Origin: a virus
Virus record (IMG/VR): IMGVR_UViG_3300012953_000001
Location: 96,001-160,000 of that record
Reading direction: 5' to 3' (one strand)
DNA: 64,000 nt
A program made the position numbers and the translations under genes. Shown here in pieces: positions 10,677-20,400 of the stretch. Under the pieces are notes generated by a model. The model did not search any database and was not told where the DNA came from. It saw only the letters and a program-made list of their open reading frames with translations. Numbering within the stretch: position 1 is the first letter of the stretch; the number at the start of each line of letters is the position of its first letter.

Positions 10677-12100
10677 TAAACCACCTGATTACCGACAATT
10701 ACACCGGCCTTAGGTGCTTTTACCTTTGTCCCGTCTGTTACTCTCTTGGACTTCGCCAAAGCCGTTCTTGCCAAGGCAGACCCGGCTGCGGGTGCACCTG
10801 CTCCGCGTCTACCTCTCGTGCTCTTTAGGCCCTCATCTAGTTTGAACTGCCTTCTCACAGCCGAGGCGGATTGCTGTCCCTTGGCGTCTCTAAGAGCTTT
10901 ACCGAGACGAGACTTCTCATCAAGCTTCTTGATGTCCTTGCGGTCCTGTTTTAGCTGTTTTAGCTGTTTCGCTGTCCTAGAGCCTTTAGTTGCTCCTGTC
11001 ATAATATCCAAGTAGCTTCCGCCTCGGACTCCTGAGGACATGAGACCGCCTTTACCTTTAATCAAAGCAGAGGCTCCAGTATAACCTTTGTCGATTGCTT
11101 TTTTACCGGGACCCATCATGGACGCGGCTGCTGCGGGTATAGAGGAGAAACTAGCTCCAAGCGCGGCACCGCCGAGACCCATGTCTAAGCGTCTCGGGTC
11201 TACTAATGTTTCCCCAACGCTTTTCAAGGAATCCCACTTGCCTGGGTTTAGTGCGTAGCTTCCTCCGTAACCAGCAAGACCACCCTTGGCCCCGTAAGAC
11301 ATAAGCTTCTTACCTGAGCGAGCCAAATATCCCCCGGTTTGTGTCCAAGGCTTGTGAAGCTCATACCCCTTAGGGGCTCGGCCCTTAGCGAAAAATCCTC
11401 TAGGCCCCTTGATGAGTTGCCCAGTTTCCTTGTGTTTGTAAATGTTGCTCAGCCCACTGCCTCGCCCAAACAATTTTTGACGTACGCCCTCGCGCACAGG
11501 CTCGGTCCATCGGGCTGACCCCTTTGGAACGCTCGTTAAGGCTTCGCGTGTAAACGGTTGCATGGTCCTTGGGTCGATAAGCTTAGATGCCGCTCCACCC
11601 AGATCATCAGCTGCCTGTGGGGCTGCACGAGTAGCTCCGCTACGGGTTACCGCAGCCCTCGCTGCTGCACCGCCAGAACGAAGAGCGTTCCATCCAGCCA
11701 GTCCTGCTCTAGCCAACCAAGGCCAGACAGCTTCCTTCTCCATCAGAGCCAGCTTTTGCATCCCGGTCATTGGTACTAATGCAGAACCGACCTTAGGCAT
11801 ACCTGATCCCATACCACCCACTTGTTTAGCAGCAGCAACCCCTACAGGTTGCTTCTGTTGACGAGAGGCATTGGCAGTAAAACGCTTGATCAGCGATTTT
11901 CGCATAGCGCCTGCGGCCCAACCAGTCTGCATTTGTGCATTGTTAGACCCACCCTGGGTCGCGCCACCTGTAGGGTTAAGTGGTCCTGGCTCTGGAGCAG
12001 GAGCACCTGCTTGGCCACCAACGGCTGGTGCGGCTGCGATCTTTGCTGTGTACCGAAGAATCTCTAGAGCAGCGCCCTTATCAAAGTCTGTATTACGCAT
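10676..12100 (-). CDS. Basic low-complexity protein with KxA and RGGSYL motifs
   Basis: YTAKIAA, MEKEAVW, VRGGSYLDIM; Lys/Arg/Gly/Ala-rich. Confidence 0.6.
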   Translation of the reverse strand: MRNTDFDKGAALEILRYTAKIAAAPAVGGQAGAPAPEPGPLNPTGGATQGGSNNAQMQTGWAAGAMRKSLIKRFTANASRQQKQPVGVAAAKQVGGMGSGMPKVGSALVPMTGMQKLALMEKEAVWPWLARAGLAGWNALRSGGAAARAAVTRSGATRAAPQAADDLGGAASKLIDPRTMQPFTREALTSVPKGSARWTEPVREGVRQKLFGRGSGLSNIYKHKETGQLIKGPRGFFAKGRAPKGYELHKPWTQTGGYLARSGKKLMSYGAKGGLAGYGGSYALNPGKWDSLKSVGETLVDPRRLDMGLGGAALGASFSSIPAAAASMMGPGKKAIDKGYTGASALIKGKGGLMSSGVRGGSYLDIMTGATKGSRTAKQLKQLKQDRKDIKKLDEKSRLGKALRDAKGQQSASAVRRQFKLDEGLKSTRGRRGAGAPAAGSALARTALAKSKRVTDGTKVKAPKAGVIVGNQVV

Positions 12101-14073
12101 TATAAAGTCCTCTTGGGTGCTGCCACGATATTGGGAGTTAAAATATCAAACGGGTCATCTGCACCAGATAGTATTGTCAGTAAATTGGTCGGCCCTTCGC
12201 TACTAGGCACAGTAATCCTGCGTCTGAGTGATAGCGGGGCGATAGATACTTCTACCTGTATCCCCTGCACTAAAGAGAACTCAACGTACCCGTTAGAATC
12301 AGTCTTATAAGTTCTCTGCGAGTCGAAAACGCCAGTCCCAGAAAATAATTCTGGTCGGTGCACTAGTCCGACATGAACTGTCGCATTCCTCACTGGTGTC
12401 CCGTCCATATGGTAAAGCTGTGCGAACAATGTGCACATGTCTGCGGGCGCGGCAGAGGCAGTTACTGTGGGAGAAAACTCCTCAGTTATTAGTTGAAATG
12501 CCTGCGTATCTGTCCCTACAGAAGGATCTGGAAGTGAGTCTTGTCCCGGAATACCTTTGAACTTTACTGGGCTTAGAAGGCTGTCTGCCTCCAAGGTGCT
12601 CGAAACCTCTACTGTCATTTCAAAGTTATTGGTTGTGTAGACAACCCCAGCCTTGGTTAAAGAGAAAACATACTTCCCTGGTGGCACTTCTAAACGTAAA
12701 AAGCCGGTAACATCAGTGACACCCTGCGTTATCTGCACACCAGCTTCAGAACTTACGGTTACTGTGGTTCCTATGTGCGGCCCGGTATTCGGAGCAGAAA
12801 GCTTCCCAACAGTAATTAAGATAGTCTCTTTGCCTACTGCGGGAGTAATCAAGTAATCAGTTACGTAAGCTTGTACATTGTTATTGAACCAAACAATGAA
12901 GACTTCCTGCGCGGTGTTAAACGTCAGGTCCTGGAGTACGTACCCACCATAGGCAGCAGAGTAAAATGCCTGCACAGAGGTTCCGTCTGAGCCGAGAGGA
13001 ATAATATTTCCTCCCTGTGAGCCAAACCCTGTGATGCCTAGCTTCGCCAAGAGACTAGCCGTCCCTGCTTGGAGATCTAATTGGCTAGAGTCTCCTACTG
13101 CCCCTGCTGTCGCATTAAATACCAAATTATTCGTGGACGACTCTTGATCAAGAGTAATACGGTCGCCTGCTGCACCGTCAGTAATCGTTGTCTCAACAAG
13201 AACCTTTAGCTCAACAAAGGTAACGGACTCGCTGCTCAACACATTGTTTGCTGCTGGGGGAGAAACGTCAGTAGCCTCTGAGAGGCCGGTAATAGCGGAG
13301 AAATTGCCCTGCATATTACTAAGTGTAATTGTAGAACTTGAGCCTAAGCTGTCAGTTACAATCTCAATCTCACCAGCAGCGTCACGGGCGTATGCACCTT
13401 TTAACTGTGCGTTAAGAGCCGCAAGGTACGCAGCCTGATTGTTTGCTACACCATCTAGGTCAATACTTCGTACTGTGCCCCCGTCAATGCTGTAGTCCGC
13501 TGTATCCCCAAGTGCGCCTGCTGCGTACGTTGCCATAGTTCCTGTGGCTACCGCAGGAGCACATAAAAAAGTAAGGGTCTGCGGTCCTGTCGCGTTCGTG
13601 TCCGGGAGGACTTGGAATGTCAAAAAGTCTCCATCATCAACGGAGAAAGTTGTTACTGATTGGCCCCCAGTAAACGACGCGTACGTCTTGTCCGCAAGGG
13701 ATACGCCAGAGCCGTTGTAGAGATGCGCAGTAATAATCTCGTTGGGACCGCCAACTATATTATCCTCTAATACAACGTCTACTTCATCCCCGATTGCAAA
13801 ATCAGAGATTGGGTTCTGCCCCACGTCTAGCGTGCCATGCAAAACAACAGAGTCATTATACTTGTAGAATACGTTATGCTGCCCCAGGGTAAGCGGGGTG
13901 TAGGGGTCACTTAGGAAAAGATTCGGGGCTTCGATGACTTGAGAAAAACTAAGCACAGCCACTTCCGAACCAGTAGCATCTAACACCTGCGCCTCTAATA
14001 ACCCGAGGTCAACTACTACTGATTGGCTATCGAAGAACGGTAGTGTCCTTGCTTTTTGTATCTGTGCTTTCAT
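12100..14073 (-). CDS. Beta-rich virion structural protein (657 aa)
   Basis: Thr/Val/Gly-rich; TDVTGFLRLEVPPGKY and KTDSNGYVEFSLVQG Ig-like repeats. Confidence 0.6.
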   Translation of the reverse strand: MKAQIQKARTLPFFDSQSVVVDLGLLEAQVLDATGSEVAVLSFSQVIEAPNLFLSDPYTPLTLGQHNVFYKYNDSVVLHGTLDVGQNPISDFAIGDEVDVVLEDNIVGGPNEIITAHLYNGSGVSLADKTYASFTGGQSVTTFSVDDGDFLTFQVLPDTNATGPQTLTFLCAPAVATGTMATYAAGALGDTADYSIDGGTVRSIDLDGVANNQAAYLAALNAQLKGAYARDAAGEIEIVTDSLGSSSTITLSNMQGNFSAITGLSEATDVSPPAANNVLSSESVTFVELKVLVETTITDGAAGDRITLDQESSTNNLVFNATAGAVGDSSQLDLQAGTASLLAKLGITGFGSQGGNIIPLGSDGTSVQAFYSAAYGGYVLQDLTFNTAQEVFIVWFNNNVQAYVTDYLITPAVGKETILITVGKLSAPNTGPHIGTTVTVSSEAGVQITQGVTDVTGFLRLEVPPGKYVFSLTKAGVVYTTNNFEMTVEVSSTLEADSLLSPVKFKGIPGQDSLPDPSVGTDTQAFQLITEEFSPTVTASAAPADMCTLFAQLYHMDGTPVRNATVHVGLVHRPELFSGTGVFDSQRTYKTDSNGYVEFSLVQGIQVEVSIAPLSLRRRITVPSSEGPTNLLTILSGADDPFDILTPNIVAAPKRTL

Positions 14074-14090
14074 CTATTGGCCCACCTTAC

Positions 14091-14333
14091 TCAACTCTTT
14101 GGCTCGGAGATGCCAATCAGTTTTTTAACGTTGTCTATTACCACAACGCTATCATACCGCTTTTCCTTCTTCTCTGGACTACCTAGGCTACTTTCAAGCA
14201 CCGACTTTAAGAAAGTTCTTTCCGTTACCAAGCGGAGCTTCTCCGCTGTAACGTACTCCTTCACTTGATCCCTTAGTTTCTCTAGGACCTCTTTCTTATC
14301 TTCGGGCTTGTCAATAACACTCTCGATAGCCAT
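14091..14333 (-). CDS. Hypothetical protein
   Basis: 80-aa ORF with aggag RBS. Confidence 0.6.
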   Translation of the reverse strand: MAIESVIDKPEDKKEVLEKLRDQVKEYVTAEKLRLVTERTFLKSVLESSLGSPEKKEKRYDSVVVIDNVKKLIGISEPKS

Positions 14334-14345
14334 GCCAGTGTCTCC

Positions 14346-15242
14346 TTAGTCTTTGAGCAACGCATAGCCACCAAGTCCAAGTGCCGCAGGAACAGCTACC
14401 GCTTTGGCGGTGTCCATCATCTTTTTACGCTTGGCCCAGTTAGAGGCGAGTCTAGTCGCTCCACCAAGAAGCGCCGCAGCACCACCACCCTCTAATGCGG
14501 CCTTAGCCACTTCGGGTCCGTAAGCTTTTAAGTAGTCCATCGGAGCATCTGCAAACGATTTGCCTGATCTCTTCAGTGCGCGAGCTTTCCGAAGAAACTC
14601 AACCTCTTGGGCTGATCTATCGAAGGCACCCGGCACGAAATCCTTGCCCTCTTTCTTGGCCTGCTCCTTGGCAATGCGGTTCGTGTTGTATTTCTTTCCT
14701 AGAGCCTTACGTGCAGCTAGTCCTTCGGCCCCCTCACCAGCAAGAGTACGTAACTGGCGAAGTCTGTTAAGACCCATACCAAGACCACCAACGCCGCCAG
14801 CGCCCGCTGCGGTTCTACCCACGCCTCCCCATAAACTAAATGGGTTTTTGAAGGCTTGCTTCTCCATCCGATCACCGTAAGTGTTTTCGTAGAGAACAGC
14901 CGATGCCTGGGCAAGCCCACTATGCACGTAATGTGCAGAACTCTTTTTTGCCATGAACGGCGCTGTAGGTGCAGCGAGGGGTGCAGCGAGGGGTGCAGCG
15001 GGAGGTCTTCGGGCCATTGAGCCCATCCCGAACGGTTGCCTACGGGGTTTAGGTGCCCTAAGTGCCCCTGGGCCCATCTGCTTCATATTGTTGATGGCCT
15101 TTGCCACGTTCGGTGAGGGTTTGCGAGCGGGCGCGGCTCCGTACTGGCCCAGAACCGCAACCTTCTCAAGCATTGAGGCTACGCCTGCCGCTTTTTCCAT
15201 ACTCTTCATCGAGGTATCTAATCGTTTTAAGTTGTCCATCAT
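14346..15242 (-). CDS. Basic protein with several EKxA motifs and hydrophobic C-tail
   Basis: MEKAAG, LEKVAV, MEKQAF; ends AVAVPAALGLGGYALLKD. Confidence 0.6.
   Translation of the reverse strand: MMDNLKRLDTSMKSMEKAAGVASMLEKVAVLGQYGAAPARKPSPNVAKAINNMKQMGPGALRAPKPRRQPFGMGSMARRPPAAPLAAPLAAPTAPFMAKKSSAHYVHSGLAQASAVLYENTYGDRMEKQAFKNPFSLWGGVGRTAAGAGGVGGLGMGLNRLRQLRTLAGEGAEGLAARKALGKKYNTNRIAKEQAKKEGKDFVPGAFDRSAQEVEFLRKARALKRSGKSFADAPMDYLKAYGPEVAKAALEGGGAAALLGGATRLASNWAKRKKMMDTAKAVAVPAALGLGGYALLKD
14968..15000. repeat. 12-bp tandem repeat (ggtgcagcgagg) x2.75
   Basis: Read directly; encodes the PAAPLAAPLAAP stretch of 14346..15242. Confidence 0.85.
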
Positions 15243-16121
15243 TTACTCCGTAAGATGCCTCTGAAGTTTCTTTTTAATAGTGTTCTTCAGGCGACTAACT
15301 TGGTAATCGGGAATTTTCATTGCACGAGCAATAGTTCCCGTAGAGGACGTTTGAGGTTTGCCGTGTCCGGTCAAATACTCATATACCTCTCGTTCATTAC
15401 CCGTTAGTTCATACTTAAATAGGCGCAAAACCTCTTCAGATTTTGAAGGTGTTAACGCATACGGGTCCTCTTCGAACCCTTGAGAGAGCAAGTCGTTCCG
15501 TAGCTCGGCTTCCATCCTTCCGGTTTCAGCCATTGACCACCCGAGTCGCTCAGAAATTTCTTTAGTCAGAGGTGTCCTACCAAGATCTTCGGTAAGTTCA
15601 TCTCTGGCAGTTGTGAACAACTTGATCTTATAAACCCGATTCTCGGGGATACGACCAATATTCTGGTTCTCAACAATAAATCGTTTGGCCTTGTCTAAAT
15701 AACGAAAGACATAGGTACCGAGAGACCCCTTAGAGGGATCATATGAGCGTAAGGCATCTACAAAGCGTAGCTGAAACTCTGACTCAATAGCTGAGTCGGG
15801 AATCATCTTTACCTTACCCTTGTAGACATTGACCTTAGACCTGATCATTGGACGGAAGCTTTTGAGGAGAGGTCGGAGGTCTTCCGGCCTCTCCCCATTG
15901 GCTTTCCAATTATTCCACATCGCAAGCTCTCGACTCTTCTTATCATCTAAGTTGTCTAGAGCATTGAATGTGGCAAGGTTAGTCTCCGTGGCTTCCTCAG
16001 CATCCCTGGTGTGCTGTTTTACGGATACAACTTTCCCATTAGTTCGCCGTGGGTGTGCTCTTACTTGAGTACTCCCTGCGTACTTGAGAAATTCGGATAC
16101 TGGATCAGCCACGGACAACAT
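15243..16121 (-). CDS. RNA polymerase sigma-70 family factor with N-terminal extension
   Basis: Region 2 (ALRSYDPSKGSLGTYVFRYL), region 3 (LTEDLGRTPLTKEISERLGWS), region 4 HTH (TGTIARAMKIPDYQVSRLKNTIKKKL). Confidence 0.85.
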   Translation of the reverse strand: MLSVADPVSEFLKYAGSTQVRAHPRRTNGKVVSVKQHTRDAEEATETNLATFNALDNLDDKKSRELAMWNNWKANGERPEDLRPLLKSFRPMIRSKVNVYKGKVKMIPDSAIESEFQLRFVDALRSYDPSKGSLGTYVFRYLDKAKRFIVENQNIGRIPENRVYKIKLFTTARDELTEDLGRTPLTKEISERLGWSMAETGRMEAELRNDLLSQGFEEDPYALTPSKSEEVLRLFKYELTGNEREVYEYLTGHGKPQTSSTGTIARAMKIPDYQVSRLKNTIKKKLQRHLTE

Positions 16122-16125
16122 ACCT

Positions 16126-16818
16126 TTAGTCTAATGCTTTACCGATGCCATACGCGGTACCACCACCGATGAGACCTTGTCCCATTGGGCTTTTAGCACC
16201 TCGCCAAGCGGCCTTACCAGTTGCTTTTGCACCACGACCAGCAGCCTGCGCTCCCAAAGTACCGTAGTACTTGCCTTGGAATCCTCGCCACTTAGCCTGA
16301 TCGCCTACGGCCTTACCAGCACGCTGCAAAGCTCCACCGGCCTGACGCATCTTAGCCTTAGTAGCGCTAGCGCCTGCTTGACCCATTGCTTTGGTCTTAG
16401 CAGCACCAGCCTGTGCGCCACCCTTAGTTGCCTGCCAAGCCTTACTGACTCTAGCTGCACCAGCCTGCCCTGCGGAACGAGCCTTCAAGGCAGCAGCGAG
16501 ACCAGCTTTACGAGTCGCAGCTAAACCTGCAACAGCCTTTGCTCGGCCTGCGGCCATGGCTTTTCCACCAGCAGCCATGCCTCGTTGAGCCAGTGCGCTG
16601 GTGCCTCTTCCAAGACCCTTCCAAGCAGCAAGCTCGGCTCTACCGGCGCGTCCTGCACCGCTAGCAATAGCTTTACCAGCACGGCCAGCGAGTGCACCTG
16701 CACCACGAGCACCACGGCCAAGAGCCATAAGACCCGCAAGCGAAGCCTGCTTGTCCATGCCATGCGACGACTGCCGCAGGACTAATTCAAGATTGTGTTT
16801 ACGATTTGGTTCTAACAT
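16126..16818 (-). CDS. Very Ala/Gly/Lys-rich basic protein (DKQA motif)
   Basis: MDKQAS followed by low-complexity AGAK-rich sequence; ends GLIGGGTAYGIGKALD. Confidence 0.6.
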   Translation of the reverse strand: MLEPNRKHNLELVLRQSSHGMDKQASLAGLMALGRGARGAGALAGRAGKAIASGAGRAGRAELAAWKGLGRGTSALAQRGMAAGGKAMAAGRAKAVAGLAATRKAGLAAALKARSAGQAGAARVSKAWQATKGGAQAGAAKTKAMGQAGASATKAKMRQAGGALQRAGKAVGDQAKWRGFQGKYYGTLGAQAAGRGAKATGKAAWRGAKSPMGQGLIGGGTAYGIGKALD

Positions 16819-16847
16819 TGTTTCTAACCCCTTTTGGTTAATATAGA

Positions 16848-17186
16848 TTATTTGTTGGAGAGAAGTGCTCCTAAACCAGCAGCGCCAGCCGCCACACCGC
16901 CCCCAACCATGAGGGGCTTTTTGTGCTTCTTAAGCACGGAAGTCAATTTTGACTTAGGTAGCAGTCCTTTAGCTGCTGATCGAGATTTTAGCACCTTTGC
17001 TAATAAAGCGGCACCACCCACACCAGCGGCAGCACCTCCGATAATCTTCTTATGCTTTTTTAAGACCTCCAACAAGGACTTAAGCCTTGCGGATTTTGCG
17101 CCTTCCGAAGCGACTGTCTTCAGGGCGCTGCTTTTAGCGGCTAATTTAACCCGCAAAAGCTCTTTAGTATTACTGTTCATACACAT
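16848..17186 (-). CDS. Basic protein with internal duplication
   Basis: RVKLAA; two copies of KSxLxxVLKKHKK followed by a Gly/Ala hydrophobic stretch. Confidence 0.6.
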   Translation of the reverse strand: MCMNSNTKELLRVKLAAKSSALKTVASEGAKSARLKSLLEVLKKHKKIIGGAAAGVGGAALLAKVLKSRSAAKGLLPKSKLTSVLKKHKKPLMVGGGVAAGAAGLGALLSNK

Positions 17187-17247
17187 ACTCCCTTATCTAG
17201 TCACTACGGCCTGTATTATGCAACAATATGTCATGACAACATAGACC

Positions 17248-17484
17248 TTACCTTGATGCAGCAACAATCTTTTTCAATGAGATTCCTTTGGTGACCAACA
17301 ATACTCTCTTGTTAGCACCTACTCCGAAAGTCTCCTCTACCACATCATCGTTATTCCCCAAACTGATTGTATCCGAAGATACCTCATCTGTAGAACCATG
17401 GCTAATAGGCATTTTCGTCGGTTTCATAGCTTTGGCTAAGAGGTCAACTTTCTCATTATCATCGGTAATACTGTTATCTTCCAT
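17248..17484 (-). CDS. Hypothetical protein
   Basis: 78-aa ORF with aagg RBS. Confidence 0.55.
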   Translation of the reverse strand: MEDNSITDDNEKVDLLAKAMKPTKMPISHGSTDEVSSDTISLGNNDDVVEETFGVGANKRVLLVTKGISLKKIVAASR

Positions 17485-17495
17485 GTTGTGTAGCC

Positions 17496-20400
17496 TTACT
17501 CAGAGGATTTAGGGGGTTTGTGATCATACCCTTTTAGTTCTGCTCGCTTCTTTTCGCCAGCATCGTCGTCCATTTCTTCAACCAGACTGCCCCCGACATC
17601 TCGGAACCCTTGTTTTCTTAACCCAGCCAAGTACTTTCGCACACGATTATAGCGGTGCCACCTGGGGTCTATATCTTTATCGAGATCTCTAGGGTTCATT
17701 GGGTCCTTTGCCAGTACCGGCAAAATCGTTGGGACAATCTCTTTTCCTTCCCAATCATTCATCTGCGTATAAGGGCCAAACGCATCTCCATGGAAGCCCC
17801 GAGTAGGTATTCCTTGGCGATAATCGTCGTCCACAAACGCCTGTTGGTCGTATACTTTAGGGGCGAAGCCTGGGTTCATATTACCCATGACTTCTACCAT
17901 GTTAGCGTATTTTCTATCAATATAACCATCGATGAATAAATCAGTCGCTGCCCCTATCTCTTTTAGGGCTAACCATGTATCCGCAAGCTGGTCCGCAGCA
18001 GCCTCAGTTGTTTTCGCTGCTTGGGTAAGGTCTTCGGGGATGCGTAACTCAGTGTACTCAACCCCGCCGCCTCTATCGATTCCTGAGTCGGGCATCTTGA
18101 AAGGAACGGAAACAGTGGCGATACCACTCTCATTGCCACTAATCTCCGCGCCAGTGGTTACGCTGCGGGTAACAGGCTTTGGTTTATCTGCCCCAGGCCG
18201 GAACATGATCGGTGGGTTGTCCAGCACAGACTCGCACCCATACATGGGCATGTAGTACTTGGTACCGATGCTGCCTGGATGATAGATCGGAGAAAGCCAG
18301 GGTGGCATAAGGGTTGATTCAAAAGTAAAGCTAACCTTGCCTACAGCGGGATAGGATACATACCGATAAACATCGACCTCAACGGCATTGTAGCCAGACC
18401 CGTCTATGGCTGAAGCGTTTGGTTTTCCGTCAGCGCCAAGCAGTACGCGTGTTCCAGCGTTGTCATCCCCTTGGGGGGCTTTATTCGAGAAGTTATAATT
18501 ACTGCCTGTTTTACGGGCTTTAATTAGATATCGTCGGCCCTTCTTATACTCATTAGGACCTAAGACACGATTTGCTGCATCAGGCGATGATTGAATAACC
18601 ACGCCCCCGGGAACATCTGGATTAGTATTAGTAATAAAAGCCGTGTGTGGTTTACCGTCTTTAGGCGTAACTGGCTTTTTACCATGCCGCGTGTAGGATC
18701 TCTCAGTAGTGATCTTGCCATCCTTGGTGTCACCAAATAATCCTGCGTCTTCCCTGTGCCCACGGACTTTTATCAATTGAATAAGTGTCTGTGCGCCACC
18801 AGAGACATCGATTGTATGAACGATCTCTGCGATCTGTCCGACGTAGTGCGTTCCTTTAGGTGGGGCAGAGAGATTAACCGTATCTTTGCCTCTGATCTTA
18901 TCCTTGTTGTCTCCCTCGCCACCAACCGCATGAAGAATTCGACTGTCTTGCCTAACTGGATCTAACACAAGGCATGGCATCCCAGGGACAAGCTGTGGTG
19001 AATACCTAGCTGTGATCGCCATAGTCCTTGTGCCGTATCTCTGGGCAAAGAACATGTAGTTCGCCGCTCTTTGTAGATGCGGTTGTGGTGAGAACTTTGC
19101 CTCCCCTGATACAGACCCTTTGTCAAAGCCCTGCAAAGACCCCTTCTCTTCTTTCCACTTCTTCTTGGCCTCTTTCATTTCCTTCTTATGCATCTTCTTG
19201 AAAACGTCTCCGTCCCCAAGACCCATGATGCTAGGAATGATGCCCGTGTACTTCTCGTGCTTCATAACGAAGCCGCCGCCTTTTTTAACGGCCTGTGCGC
19301 AGTCTGTTACTGTAGGGCCTGCCAACATTTCCGCATTAGGTGAAAAGTAGCAATCCTTCTTGTTTCTTCCGCTCGAAGTCTTTCCATGAAGCCATAGTCG
19401 AGTAATCTCACTCATCCAATTTCGACTAAAGCGAATTGCCTGGATGTGGTCTGGAAACAAGACATTGCACCTTGGCGGGGGGCACATGTACACGTCCGGG
19501 TGGAAATAGGTAGTGTAGAGTCTGTCTCTAAGCTTTACCTGCTCTCGCTTAGGCACAACAGTTCTACCAGTAGCGGACCCAATGCCTTTCAAGTAGCACT
19601 CAAGCTTACGACGTATGTAAAAAAGGTTGTCCGAGTCGTGCTTGAGCTTGGCCATATTCTTATTTACTGCCGCGTAGTCATTTCCATGCGCGGCCTGCGC
19701 TCCCAAAAGTTGGGAGGCACGTATCCTAGCTTCCGCTAGACATTTATAGGCTTGCTGAATTCTATCCCCACGCTTTCTTAGCGTCTTGTCTCCTGTAGTG
19801 GCAGCTTTTTCATTTAGCTCCACTTTGATGGCCTGCCCCTTCAGGAAGTAAGGGTCTTTGGTAATGTCTGTAATGTCTGTTCGATCAGTTCCGCTAAGAC
19901 CACCTGGGTTAGACATGATGCCTGTGCCTGTATTGGTCTCATCAAACTCTTTGTGCTTGTCAGATCTTAGTTTCCCATCTTCCGCACGTTTGTACGTGTC
20001 GTTGGCGATCTGAGAGGACTCCCCAGGCTTTCGGTCGATTGTTCGACGATCCTTAAGAGCGTCTGATGTCTGCTTATTTCCTAGAGAGTACGTCTTTTTA
20101 GCGGCCTTCTCGTCAGCACTTAGCTTCCCGTTGTGCGTAAACTTCGCCTTGCCGCTCAGAACATATTCCGTGGTAATTACCGCAGAGTCAGAAAAGTAAG
20201 GGGGTGCAAGCTGTGAGTGCCATGTGTGGTAAATCTTACCGCATAGCATGTTTATGAACTGCATAAAGGTCGCAGTGTACTTCACCTGCTTGGATACTTT
20301 TCTCAAGTAACGCTTAAACGACTTACTGTTCGTAAACGTAGCGGAAGTATCGTCGTCTGTTGACGCCCCAATCTGCCTAGTCAGTTTTAGACGTATCTCT

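Noticed and set aside
14968-15000. 12-bp tandem repeat as a phase-variation or contingency locus
   Set aside because: The unit is a multiple of 3 within a low-complexity Pro/Ala linker, so slippage would not switch expression
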